Sequence record: QB031384.1
Strand: one strand, 5' to 3'
DNA length: 42,708 bases
DNA from: a phage
Position 1 is the first letter of the stretch; the number at the start of each line of letters is the position of its first letter. The translations under genes were made by a program, and so were the position numbers. Below the pieces are notes generated by a model. That model was not told the DNA's origin and searched no databases. It saw only the letters and a program-made list of their open reading frames with translations. Of the stretch, positions 28,839 to 36,135 are shown piece by piece.

Positions 28839-29940
28839 TCATTGCGTCCGTTCCTGTGCTGTACACAGGGCTACCATCCGCTAATGTTTGAGCACCTTTG
28901 TATTCACCGCGGTCTCCGTACTTCTCACGTAGAGACTGAGGTAGGTCCTGAATATTAACCAGCCCGTCGAAGCGGTACAGGCGTTCACCCCACTTCATAG
29001 CTTGCTCGTCAGTGTCTACTTTTATGAACTTAGGCATACCCTTATTACGCCCAGACTTATACACCCCGTCCTGTACTTCCTTCTTAATGTATTTAGGTGG
29101 GTCATAAGGAACCTTGCACTTGTACTTAACCATGCCACCATACACTAAAGCGGACATATGATAACCGCTATTCCAGTTAAACTCGAAGCCCTCTGGCAAT
29201 TCTGGCAAGAATGTCTGAAGTAACTCCCGCAGATTCCGAATAGCGTCCTCCTGCTCCTTCTGGTTTACGCGTGCTGTAGGCATATCAACGTACACGCCAT
29301 TGAACTCACAGTATGCCAGAGCTGCGACTGCCTCCATCCTTTCCCAGACCATAGGCATCTGTCCACGTTCCGCAAATACTGCGCATTGCCCGTAGAAGCA
29401 CAGCGCTGTGTTGACTATGTCACCGTTAGGCCCTGTTAAGTATTCATGTAGTAGCATAGGGTCAATGTCTGCTGTCAGAACCCCTTGCTGCCATAGTAGC
29501 TTAACGCCGTCGACTTTGTGTGACCCGCCATACTTAGGGGCAGTCTCATCTAGTGACGGGTAAAGATTCTGGAAGTCGCTGGCAATGTACTCGCCCTGCA
29601 TAGTATCAAAGACTCGACCTCCTCGTCTAAGGAACGACTCGAACTGCTCACGGGCAAAGGTCAGCGCCCAGCTAATCTCGTACGCTGCGTTGTGCGCTAC
29701 GATTAACCACGTATCATCCTGAATAGGTAGCCACTGCTTAGGGTCAGCTGCTAAGAAATCAGTTCGGGATTCATAGCGTACACTCTGCACCTCGCTGCAC
29801 TGTACAGTCCCATCCGGCATAGTCCTATCAATGCGGAAGCCTGATTCTACGATGTAGTTATCAGGGCAGTACGGAGTTGCGACCCCGCCGTAGTACGGAT
29901 GATTTTGAGTTTCAATATCCCAAATTAGAATGCTACTCAT
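28795..29940 (-). CDS. DNA polymerase, family A: N-terminal 3'-5' exonuclease part (separate frame from the polymerase part)
   Basis: Exo I motif WDIET near the N-terminus. The ORF track starts it at a TTG (29946); the ATG at 29940 overlaps the upstream small ORF's stop as ATGA. Ends 44 nt inside the polymerase-domain ORF. Confidence 0.8.
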   Translation of the reverse strand: MSSILIWDIETQNHPYYGGVATPYCPDNYIVESGFRIDRTMPDGTVQCSEVQSVRYESRTDFLAADPKQWLPIQDDTWLIVAHNAAYEISWALTFAREQFESFLRRGGRVFDTMQGEYIASDFQNLYPSLDETAPKYGGSHKVDGVKLLWQQGVLTADIDPMLLHEYLTGPNGDIVNTALCFYGQCAVFAERGQMPMVWERMEAVAALAYCEFNGVYVDMPTARVNQKEQEDAIRNLRELLQTFLPELPEGFEFNWNSGYHMSALVYGGMVKYKCKVPYDPPKYIKKEVQDGVYKSGRNKGMPKFIKVDTDEQAMKWGERLYRFDGLVNIQDLPQSLREKYGDRGEYKGAQTLADGSPVYSTGTDAMNDLAHYFIGMEQDG

Positions 29941-30089
29941 TTCCAATTACTCCGACGTGATTTATTAATGGCTGCCCGTACAATCATCTCGCTACTGTCC
30001 AGCGTGTAGCGCCTAACCTGCTTACGATTGTTAGCAATTGCTCTGATGACTTCGTAGTCTGCCTCAGTAATATCACTTTGCTTTAGCAT
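29937..30089 (-). CDS. Small basic ORF (50 aa), not in ORF track
   Basis: ATG at 30089-30087 preceded by GGTGAGGTG; stop overlaps the DNA polymerase ATG. Translation MLKQSDITEADYEVIRAIANNRKQVRRYTLDSSEMIVRAAINKSRRSNWK. Confidence 0.35.
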   Translation of the reverse strand: MLKQSDITEADYEVIRAIANNRKQVRRYTLDSSEMIVRAAINKSRRSNWK

Positions 30090-30234
30090 TGTTATTCACC
30101 TCACCTTTAAGGCCAGCTAGATGGGATTTAAGGCACTCGACTAACTCAACAATAGTATCCTCATCCAGTTCGAACATTCCTGAATCCCCCTGCTCCAACT
30201 CTATTAATTTTAAAGCTGCTTCATGTAATGTCAT
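30073..30234 (-). CDS. Small acidic ORF (53 aa), not in ORF track
   Basis: ATG at 30234-30232 preceded by a near-consensus SD, AGGAGGT, at about 7 nt. Translation MTLHEAALKLIELEQGDSGMFELDEDTIVELVECLKSHLAGLKGEVNNNAKAK. Confidence 0.45.
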   Translation of the reverse strand: MTLHEAALKLIELEQGDSGMFELDEDTIVELVECLKSHLAGLKGEVNNNAKAK

Positions 30235-30287
30235 TGCCTTACCTCCTAGTTAGTTGACACTGCGCCCCTTGCGAGACGCAGTAGCTA

Positions 30288-31574
30288 CTACGCTAAGCCT
30301 TCTGAGAACCGACACGTACCTCCGTTAAACTCTACCTGAAATTGAACATACGCTGGACTGCCTGACAGTCCTAGCTTATTTTTTGGTGTCGAGATTCCAC
30401 GTACCGTAGCCATATCCGGCCTATCGTTAACATTCATGCGACCCATCATAATACACAAATCTAAAGCCCCTTGAATTCCTATCTTAGAACCTTTCAGCGC
30501 TGTCAGCGGGGGGTACATACAGTCATACCCTTCGACTGACAGCTGCACAGTTCCTAAGATTATACAGTCGTGTTCGCATCCTAAGATTCGTAACTGCTGC
30601 CACTTCTGCTCTAATGCCTGGTATTCAGATTCAGCGTTCCCGCCTTTGATGTTACTTACCATGTCCACCACCAGCACAGCCGGACGCATCTCTTCCAGAA
30701 GGGTAGAGATTTGCCCCAAGCTCATACTGTGGGCATCCTTAACGCGAATCTTATCCCACGTCCCGACCTTCTTCAGATACTTGTCCGCGAACTTACCTTC
30801 CTTATGCTGCTCAACAATCTGCTGCAACGTAAGCCCAGTAGCTGCTTGATAGATACGCGGAACAGTACGCTTAGCTAGTGATTCGTTCACTAACCAGAGT
30901 ATCGGTCTGTCAGAGTAGATGTCAGGGCTTTGATGCATCTGCTCTGCAAGCGAGACAACGGTAGCAGCAAGCAGACTCGTCTTTCCCGCGTCCACTGGCG
31001 CAGCAATAGCGACGCAATCACCACCACGCAGGCCGCGAATGTTCCGAGATAACTCAGAGAATACAGTAAGCTGTAACCCGCCGCTTTCATCAGTAGCTGC
31101 AAGGATATCATCTACACCTCCGTCTTCCCATTTCAATAATGAATCATTAGCAGCTGCTACGCCTGAGTACTTACGCTCAAGCGCTTTAGCTTCTTGTACG
31201 AAATCTATTTCCCCTCCTGCCTGATACTTACTTACAAGCGCAGCCATCTCACCTGAGTAAGCCAGCTCGTTCAGAGTCTTAACTGTACCAGCTACAAGCT
31301 CGTTAGGTACGTTCTGGATAGTCTTAAGCATATGCTTCAGGATATCCATCTGCTCTTTCTGAAGATGCGTACCGCGCATATCCAAGAGCGTATTCATCAT
31401 CTCAAAGTTAACTTCGTTAGAGTCAGGGTAAGTTGCAAAGTACAGTTGCAGCCAACCAATCATCGCTACTGTATCAGGTGCTAACAGAGACTTAGGTGTC
31501 TGCTCATACAACCTGTCCATTATCTTACGTTCACAGAAAGCGCGTAGTAAATTAAAGTCCATCAAGTGCTCCAA
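30288..31574 (-). CDS. Replicative DNA helicase (DnaB/T7 gp4 helicase-domain-like)
   Basis: 428-aa ORF with Walker A AAPVDAGKTS and Walker B-like VLVVDMV. Lies between primase and DNA polymerase. Confidence 0.8.
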   Translation of the reverse strand: MEHLMDFNLLRAFCERKIMDRLYEQTPKSLLAPDTVAMIGWLQLYFATYPDSNEVNFEMMNTLLDMRGTHLQKEQMDILKHMLKTIQNVPNELVAGTVKTLNELAYSGEMAALVSKYQAGGEIDFVQEAKALERKYSGVAAANDSLLKWEDGGVDDILAATDESGGLQLTVFSELSRNIRGLRGGDCVAIAAPVDAGKTSLLAATVVSLAEQMHQSPDIYSDRPILWLVNESLAKRTVPRIYQAATGLTLQQIVEQHKEGKFADKYLKKVGTWDKIRVKDAHSMSLGQISTLLEEMRPAVLVVDMVSNIKGGNAESEYQALEQKWQQLRILGCEHDCIILGTVQLSVEGYDCMYPPLTALKGSKIGIQGALDLCIMMGRMNVNDRPDMATVRGISTPKNKLGLSGSPAYVQFQVEFNGGTCRFSEGLA

Positions 31575-32322
31575 GTATTTGGCTGCATTGAGCAGCCTTT
31601 GGGTCTACGTTCAGATGTCTATCATGCACGGGCACGAAGGGCTTAAGTTGCTTAGTAATTGAAACCGTGCCGTTCCAACCTGCACGGTCATCGTCTAACA
31701 TACAGATTACTGGCTTACCTTCTTTAATAAGTTGGGCCTTAAGCCCAAGCGGAAGCTTCGTCCCAAGCAAAGCTATTGCCTGAGCAGTCTGTGAAGAATA
31801 CTTCTCCAAGACCTGCTGAACCTTCAGCGCTGAAAGGTAGTCCTCGGTCAGTATCGTTATGGTTCCAGTATTCCCAAGCTGCACCCACTGTAATGACTTC
31901 CCTAGCATCACCCACTTCGGATGCTGGTACTCGTGCAGTGCTCTTGCTATGTAACTTCCCGTTGATAATTTCCACACTAACCTCTTGTATTGTTCTGAGT
32001 AATAAACGTCGCCGACCATATCAGGCCAGATGCCTTTCTGTATTAAGAATCCGTATAGGAACTGCTGAAGCCCTACGTCCAGTTCAGGCAGCGGCTTCAG
32101 GTCCTGAGGGGCGGCTAACTCACGCCCCAGCACTTCTGGTACTGCTAATTGAGCGTACTGCTTACGCTCTGAATGATATGACTTGCATCTGAAGCAAGAG
32201 CAAGTCCACTTATCTGGCTCGTTCCTGATTACTGCTGCTGCTGTTTTACCGCAGCATCGGAATCTTTCAGTTTGGCCAACAGCCAATCTCTGTGCTGCTC
32301 TAAGCCATTGCTCGTTAGCCAT
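31552..32322 (-). CDS. DNA primase (zinc-ribbon + TOPRIM)
   Basis: 256-aa ORF with an N-terminal Cys cluster (CCGKT ... CSCFRC) and TOPRIM acidic motifs (LTEDYLSA, MLDDDRAG). Confidence 0.75.
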   Translation of the reverse strand: MANEQWLRAAQRLAVGQTERFRCCGKTAAAVIRNEPDKWTCSCFRCKSYHSERKQYAQLAVPEVLGRELAAPQDLKPLPELDVGLQQFLYGFLIQKGIWPDMVGDVYYSEQYKRLVWKLSTGSYIARALHEYQHPKWVMLGKSLQWVQLGNTGTITILTEDYLSALKVQQVLEKYSSQTAQAIALLGTKLPLGLKAQLIKEGKPVICMLDDDRAGWNGTVSITKQLKPFVPVHDRHLNVDPKAAQCSQILGALDGL

Positions 32323-32501
32323 GATTCTATTAACTCCTTAACGTTATCACTCGTAACGAATACCGTACTGCATGCAGGGTTATCCTCAAATCCGTGCAGC
32401 TGGTCTATACGGTAGATACTGCTACTCCCTGTCTTGATAGGGGAAATCTTTAAGTTGTGCTCAACGAAGTTCATTAGATACCTCTGTAGGATGTCTGCCA
32501 T
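32229..32501 (-). CDS. Hypothetical protein (90 aa)
   Basis: ORF-track ORF that overlaps the primase 5' end by 94 nt in another frame, which weakens the call. Confidence 0.35.
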   Translation of the reverse strand: MADILQRYLMNFVEHNLKISPIKTGSSSIYRIDQLHGFEDNPACSTVFVTSDNVKELIESWLTSNGLEQHRDWLLAKLKDSDAAVKQQQQ

Positions 32502-32803
32502 GCATAATACTCAATGCAAGCAGCCTTAAACGCCTGCTTAGCGCCTTCATACCCCAGCTGCTGCAACTGCCTTACTATATCGAAATTGATGCGTCGCAGG
32601 ACCTCTGAGGCCCTTTCAGCATCATACTTATAATAACCTACCAACAACCGCATACCTTCCTTAGTATCGTAGTCCCTGCACCATTTTAAAGGGCAGAGCT
32701 TACGCAGTTCAATCGGTACGTCCTTTAACGTCTTAAGGCCTAAGCTGCTCTGGCTCTCGAGCATACGCCAGTACTGCTCTGTTACTTCTTCTACTGGTAA
32801 CAT
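32474..32803 (-). CDS. Hypothetical protein (109 aa)
   Basis: ORF starting about 10 nt after the stop of pentapeptide-repeat protein 2. No motif recognised. Confidence 0.5.
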   Translation of the reverse strand: MLPVEEVTEQYWRMLESQSSLGLKTLKDVPIELRKLCPLKWCRDYDTKEGMRLLVGYYKYDAERASEVLRRINFDIVRQLQQLGYEGAKQAFKAACIEYYAWQTSYRGI

Positions 32804-32813
32804 GCCTAGCTCC

Positions 32814-33350
32814 TTAGATACTAACCCAATCAGCGACGCGCAGGTCAGCGTCGCGCAGGTCAGTGCCGGTCAGGTCAGCGCCGCGCAGGTTAGCGCCGCG
32901 CAGGTTAGCGCCAATCAGGTTAGCGTCGCGCAGGTTAGCGCCGCTCAGGTCAGTGCCGCGCAGGTTAGCGCCGCGCAGGTTAGCGCCGTGCAGGTCAGCG
33001 CTGCGCAGGTCAGCGCCGCTCAGGTCAGCGCCGCTCAGGTCAGCGATGTTCAGGTCAGCGTAGCGCAGGTCAGCGCCGCGCAGGTCAGCGCCGCTCAGGT
33101 CAGCGCCGCGCAGGTTAGCGCCAATCAGGTTAGCGTCGCGCAGCTTAGCGTCGCTCAGGTCAGCGACGCGCAGGTCAGCGTCGCTCAGGTCAGCGTAGCG
33201 CAGGTCAGCGCCGCTCAGGTCAGCGCCGCGCAGGTCAGCGTCGAGCAGGTTAGCGCGGCGCAGGTCAGCGCCGCACAGGTCAGCGCCGCACAGGTCAGCG
33301 CCTTCCAAGGATTCTAACTTGTATTTATTACAGATATTGTCATAAGTCAT
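32814..33350 (-). CDS. Pentapeptide-repeat protein 2 (about 32 tandem pentapeptides; paralogue of 26019-26591)
   Basis: Unbroken A(D/N)L(R/S/C)G-type run that ends at the stop codon. Preferred start is the internal ATG at 33350 (GAGGT SD 8 nt upstream; cap MTYDNICNKYKL matches [12 protein letters not shown] of protein 1). The ORF track extends it to 33401. Confidence 0.8.
   Translation of the reverse strand: MTYDNICNKYKLESLEGADLCGADLCGADLRRANLLDADLRGADLSGADLRYADLSDADLRVADLSDAKLRDANLIGANLRGADLSGADLRGADLRYADLNIADLSGADLSGADLRSADLHGANLRGANLRGTDLSGANLRDANLIGANLRGANLRGADLTGTDLRDADLRVADWVSI
32827..33302. repeat. Tandem array of about 32 copies of the same 15-bp unit (CGCAGGTCAGCGNCG-like)
   Basis: Same 15-bp periodicity and unit sequence as the array at 26238-26549, on the same strand. 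Confidence 0.9.
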
Positions 33351-33360
33351 ATTAGTAACC

Positions 33361-33597
33361 TCAGTTAATTTTAATATTAAAACGTGCACAATACCCTTCA
33401 AGGGTCATCCCTACTTTAGCTGCTTTAAGACTGTAAGCTAACTTAAGAGCTTCCTTAGCGTCATGCTCACGAGCCAGCTTCTCAATCGTTACTTCATCAT
33501 TACGCATCAGAATCATTTCGGGGTTCCGGTTAATCATTTCTGCATCTCCAGTTTGAAAAGGGCCATTGCAGCGTTCCAGGCGAAACGCGGGTTGCAT
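33361..33597 (-). CDS. Hypothetical protein (78 aa)
   Basis: ORF-track ORF in the early/middle region. No motif recognised. Confidence 0.45.
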   Translation of the reverse strand: MQPAFRLERCNGPFQTGDAEMINRNPEMILMRNDEVTIEKLAREHDAKEALKLAYSLKAAKVGMTLEGYCARFNIKIN

Positions 33598-33658
33598 TCA
33601 TTGTTAATCAGGAAAGTGTGATAAGCCTTAGCAATCTGCTGTGCTTTCTGTTGCTGTG

Positions 33659-33871
33659 TCATTCTAAATTCCTCTGTAAGTAATACATGTATACTTCACG
33701 AGCTCGCATTTTAGCGTAATCTTCGCAATGCCCTCTCTTAATCGCAGCAAGGTAAGTTTCGGTAGCCGCCTTCCGAGCGCATGTCTTTACATAAGAGTTA
33801 AACCAGTTATTAAAGCCCATCATTTTGTAATCCTCTGTAGAAGTAAGTTTGCTGACGCTGACGTTTCTCAT
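33659..33871 (-). CDS. Hypothetical protein (70 aa)
   Basis: ORF-track ORF. Its 5' end overlaps the SD-supported small ORF at 33800-33976, so the true start may be an internal Met near 33823. Confidence 0.4.
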   Translation of the reverse strand: MRNVSVSKLTSTEDYKMMGFNNWFNSYVKTCARKAATETYLAAIKRGHCEDYAKMRAREVYMYYLQRNLE

Positions 33872-33976
33872 TAAGGTAGGTGCTAGCTTCGTTAGCTGCC
33901 CCGCCTGTCAGGAATTCGAAAAGCTTGAACATCTCAGCTTCACGTTGACGCTCAACCTCAACTGTCTGGCTAGTTT
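33800..33976 (-). CDS. Small ORF (58 aa), not in ORF track
   Basis: ATG at 33976-33974 preceded by AAGGAG SD at 8 nt. Translation MVGQTSQTVEVERQREAEMFKLFEFLTGGAANEASTYLNEKRQRQQTYFYRGLQNDGL. Confidence 0.4.
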
Positions 33977-33985
33977 GACCGACCA

Positions 33986-34312
33986 TTATTTAACTCCTTT
34001 CGGTGTAGAAGACTTAGATTTAAAATAACTGTTAATGCGCTGGCAAGTCTTGCTACTAGGGCGGCAAGTGCGTTCACCACGTTCCTTGTACTCAGCGCTC
34101 TTAGCACTGCGCTGAGAGGCTTTATCTGACCAGTCATTACTAGGAATGGCTTCTGCTTTATAAGTATGCGTCATGAGCTTCTTAAGAGCTTTACGGGCCT
34201 CAGTACCCTCAGGCTTCTGTGCCAGCTGCACTAATTCACTACGATTAGCTTCTAACTTCTTAGCATCTTCAACAGAGATACCGAAACGACGTGCTTGAGC
34301 TTTAGCGTTCAT
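33986..34312 (-). CDS. Hypothetical basic protein (108 aa)
   Basis: First gene after promoter-leader cassette R2, with AAGGAG SD 6 nt upstream. Lys/Arg-rich, possibly nucleic-acid binding. Confidence 0.5.
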   Translation of the reverse strand: MNAKAQARRFGISVEDAKKLEANRSELVQLAQKPEGTEARKALKKLMTHTYKAEAIPSNDWSDKASQRSAKSAEYKERGERTCRPSSKTCQRINSYFKSKSSTPKGVK

Positions 34313-34405
34313 CTTAACTCCTTAGTGGTTTTATTAAAGCCCTCCGCAGAAGGCTTTGTAAAACTACTTTAGTTTCTTTCATCTCAGACCCACTGAATTA
34401 TCCGT

Positions 34406-34528
34406 GGACGGGAGGAACCGCTCGAGCCTGTTCTATCTACCCTAGGCTCTCAGAAGGGCAATCACTTAGCGTTGTTGATTAACGTCCTGCTATGAATCCA
34501 ACTATACTCCTATTTTATTTTGTGTCAA
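34406..34528 (-). promoter_or_regulatory. Promoter-leader cassette R2: sigma70-like promoter (TTGACA - 16 bp - TATAGT) plus conserved structured leader
   Basis: -35 at 34523-34528 and -10 at 34501-34506. Leader has a hairpin (AATCA/TGATT), GCCCTTCTGA, a GAGCC/GGCTC stem around GGGTAGATA, and GAGCGGTTCCTCCCGT. Confidence 0.55.
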
Positions 34529-34531
34529 CAC

Positions 34532-35197
34532 TTATTTTGAAATTCTTTCTGAAATATACACAAATCCCTTAGGAGTAAACTGCGCAGAGATGCGTGCAAC
34601 CTTTAATCTGTCAAAAGTAACCTTATGCTCCCCACGTTTAGCCTTTAGCCAGCCTGCACTGAATGTCCACGTACCATTCAATTTATACATATGCTTATTC
34701 TCTACCAGCCAACTTCTTACTTCAGCTTCAGTGTAAGATAAGAACTTACACATCTCACGGAAAGTCATAAGACCTGTAGTATCTACATAGTTACCTACGA
34801 ACTCAACCTTAGGCGCTGCTTCTTCTACCTTCTCTTGGAGCTTCAAGTTCTCTTCTGCGTAGTTCTGGAGAAGTCCCAGCAACTGCTTAGGGTCATGCAA
34901 GTTAATAGCAGGCTGACGTTGCTTACGCTCCAGCTCTTCCCAACGGTCAATGATACGGGCGCGCAGTTCTACATTGTAGCCAGAGATAATAAGTAATGTA
35001 TCACGTTTAGTTAAATGCCACTCGCGCTGTTGCTGATTATTATATCCGGCGTAAGTTACTGATTTACTTGATTGGCTCAAAACTGAGCCAATGCTTTCAA
35101 TGTCCCTAAGTACGTTCTTATGCAACTTACCAGTCAGCTCAGCAATCTCGCGGCTAGTCATGGTCTGTACATCAGTAGTAGTAGTTAAATCAAACAT
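34532..35197 (-). CDS. Rha-family regulatory protein with KilA-C/antirepressor-like C-terminal domain
   Basis: 221-aa ORF. N-terminal MTSREIAELTGKLHKNVLRDIESI matches the Rha signature as recalled. C-terminal half resembles antirepressor KilA-C domains. Confidence 0.55.
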   Translation of the reverse strand: MFDLTTTTDVQTMTSREIAELTGKLHKNVLRDIESIGSVLSQSSKSVTYAGYNNQQQREWHLTKRDTLLIISGYNVELRARIIDRWEELERKQRQPAINLHDPKQLLGLLQNYAEENLKLQEKVEEAAPKVEFVGNYVDTTGLMTFREMCKFLSYTEAEVRSWLVENKHMYKLNGTWTFSAGWLKAKRGEHKVTFDRLKVARISAQFTPKGFVYISERISK

Positions 35198-35448
35198 TAC
35201 ATAGTCCCCATAGAATCAACAAAGCAAGCAACAACGATAGTCTTATCTTCATAAGGCATAGCCTCGACACTGTTGAGAGTGTCTACAAGGTCCTTCAGCT
35301 CGATACCTTGTGTGTACGCCCACTTACCCCAGTTGCACAGCTCAATACTGTTAGGCGCTGCTTTAGACGGGTTACAGTACACCATAGCCGCAGTACCTAC
35401 CAGTGCCGCACAGAACCAGATTTTAAACGTATTCAGTTTCATATACAC
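35197..35448 (-). CDS. Small secreted/membrane-targeted protein (83 aa) with N-terminal signal peptide-like segment
   Basis: N-terminus MYMKLNTFKIWFCAALVGTAAMVYC is hydrophobic and signal-like. GAGGTG SD upstream. Confidence 0.45.
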   Translation of the reverse strand: MYMKLNTFKIWFCAALVGTAAMVYCNPSKAAPNSIELCNWGKWAYTQGIELKDLVDTLNSVEAMPYEDKTIVVACFVDSMGTM

Positions 35449-35543
35449 CTCAGGAGAACAGTTGAATTAAGCCGTAGATAGCTAAGAAAGGTGCTGCTAC
35501 CTGCAACAGCATTAAAGGGATGATGAATAGCATGTACAGTGTA

Positions 35544-35882
35544 TTACGCATTATGTGCATTCTCCTCACAATACTGCAACGCAAAGCGCAGCAATTCATT
35601 ATACAGCGAAGTAGTCAGAATCCCTTCATTGTAGTACTCAGCCTCATGCTTACGGAGAGTATCCTTAGCAGCGCATGCAACCTTCAAGCTGCACCCTGTA
35701 GCCTGCATAAGGCCGCGTACAAGCTGTGTATCCTTATAAGCTTTCTTAGCATGCCATTTAACAAAACTTACTGCTGCACCTACAACAACCATACCACCCA
35801 TCACGACAAAGCCAATTGCACTAGACATATCATATACCTTTAATTCTGTACCCTCGCAGCGAGGATACTTAACTAAAGACAT
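35544..35882 (-). CDS. Hypothetical membrane protein (112 aa)
   Basis: First ORF after promoter-leader cassette R3. Contains one clear hydrophobic helix (GFVVMGGMVVVGAAVSFV). Confidence 0.45.
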   Translation of the reverse strand: MSLVKYPRCEGTELKVYDMSSAIGFVVMGGMVVVGAAVSFVKWHAKKAYKDTQLVRGLMQATGCSLKVACAAKDTLRKHEAEYYNEGILTTSLYNELLRFALQYCEENAHNA

Positions 35883-35942
35883 CTTAGCGAAGCTCTTGTC
35901 TCTTCAATCTAGTGAGCTTCTCATCTATTCCCTCTGTATAAC

Positions 35943-36080
35943 CCGAGGACGCTAGGTAACGCTCAGAACCTGTTTATCTACCCCGATTCTTCAGGAGGGC
36001 AGCGGCTTTATGTTATCCGCTAACGTCTTGCTTATGTCTTGCTATGTGATGAAGTATACGCTTCAAAACAGGTAAGTCAA
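35943..36080 (-). promoter_or_regulatory. Promoter-leader cassette R3: sigma70-like promoter (TTGACT - 16 bp - TATACT) plus conserved structured leader
   Basis: -35 at 36075-36080 and -10 at 36053-36058. Leader has a hairpin (AGCGG/CCGCT), GCCCTCCTGAA, an AGAAUC/GGUUCU stem (one G-U pair) around GGGTAGATA, and a diverged GAGCG...CCUC segment. Confidence 0.55.
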
Positions 36081-36135
36081 CAACTATTTTCAATTATTTC
36101 ATTCAGCGTAGTAAAATCTCGCACTATTAATAACA

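Noticed and set aside
32802-33317. Plus-strand ORFs (171 aa AQVS repeats; also 32863-33063 Arg/Pro-rich)
   Set aside because: Same antisense-repeat artefact as for the first array.
35450-35533. 27-aa hydrophobic micro-ORF (MLFIIPLMLLQVAAPFLAIYGLIQLFS) between two early genes
   Set aside because: No SD, and its stop overlaps the SD of the next gene. It is too short to support without expression data.
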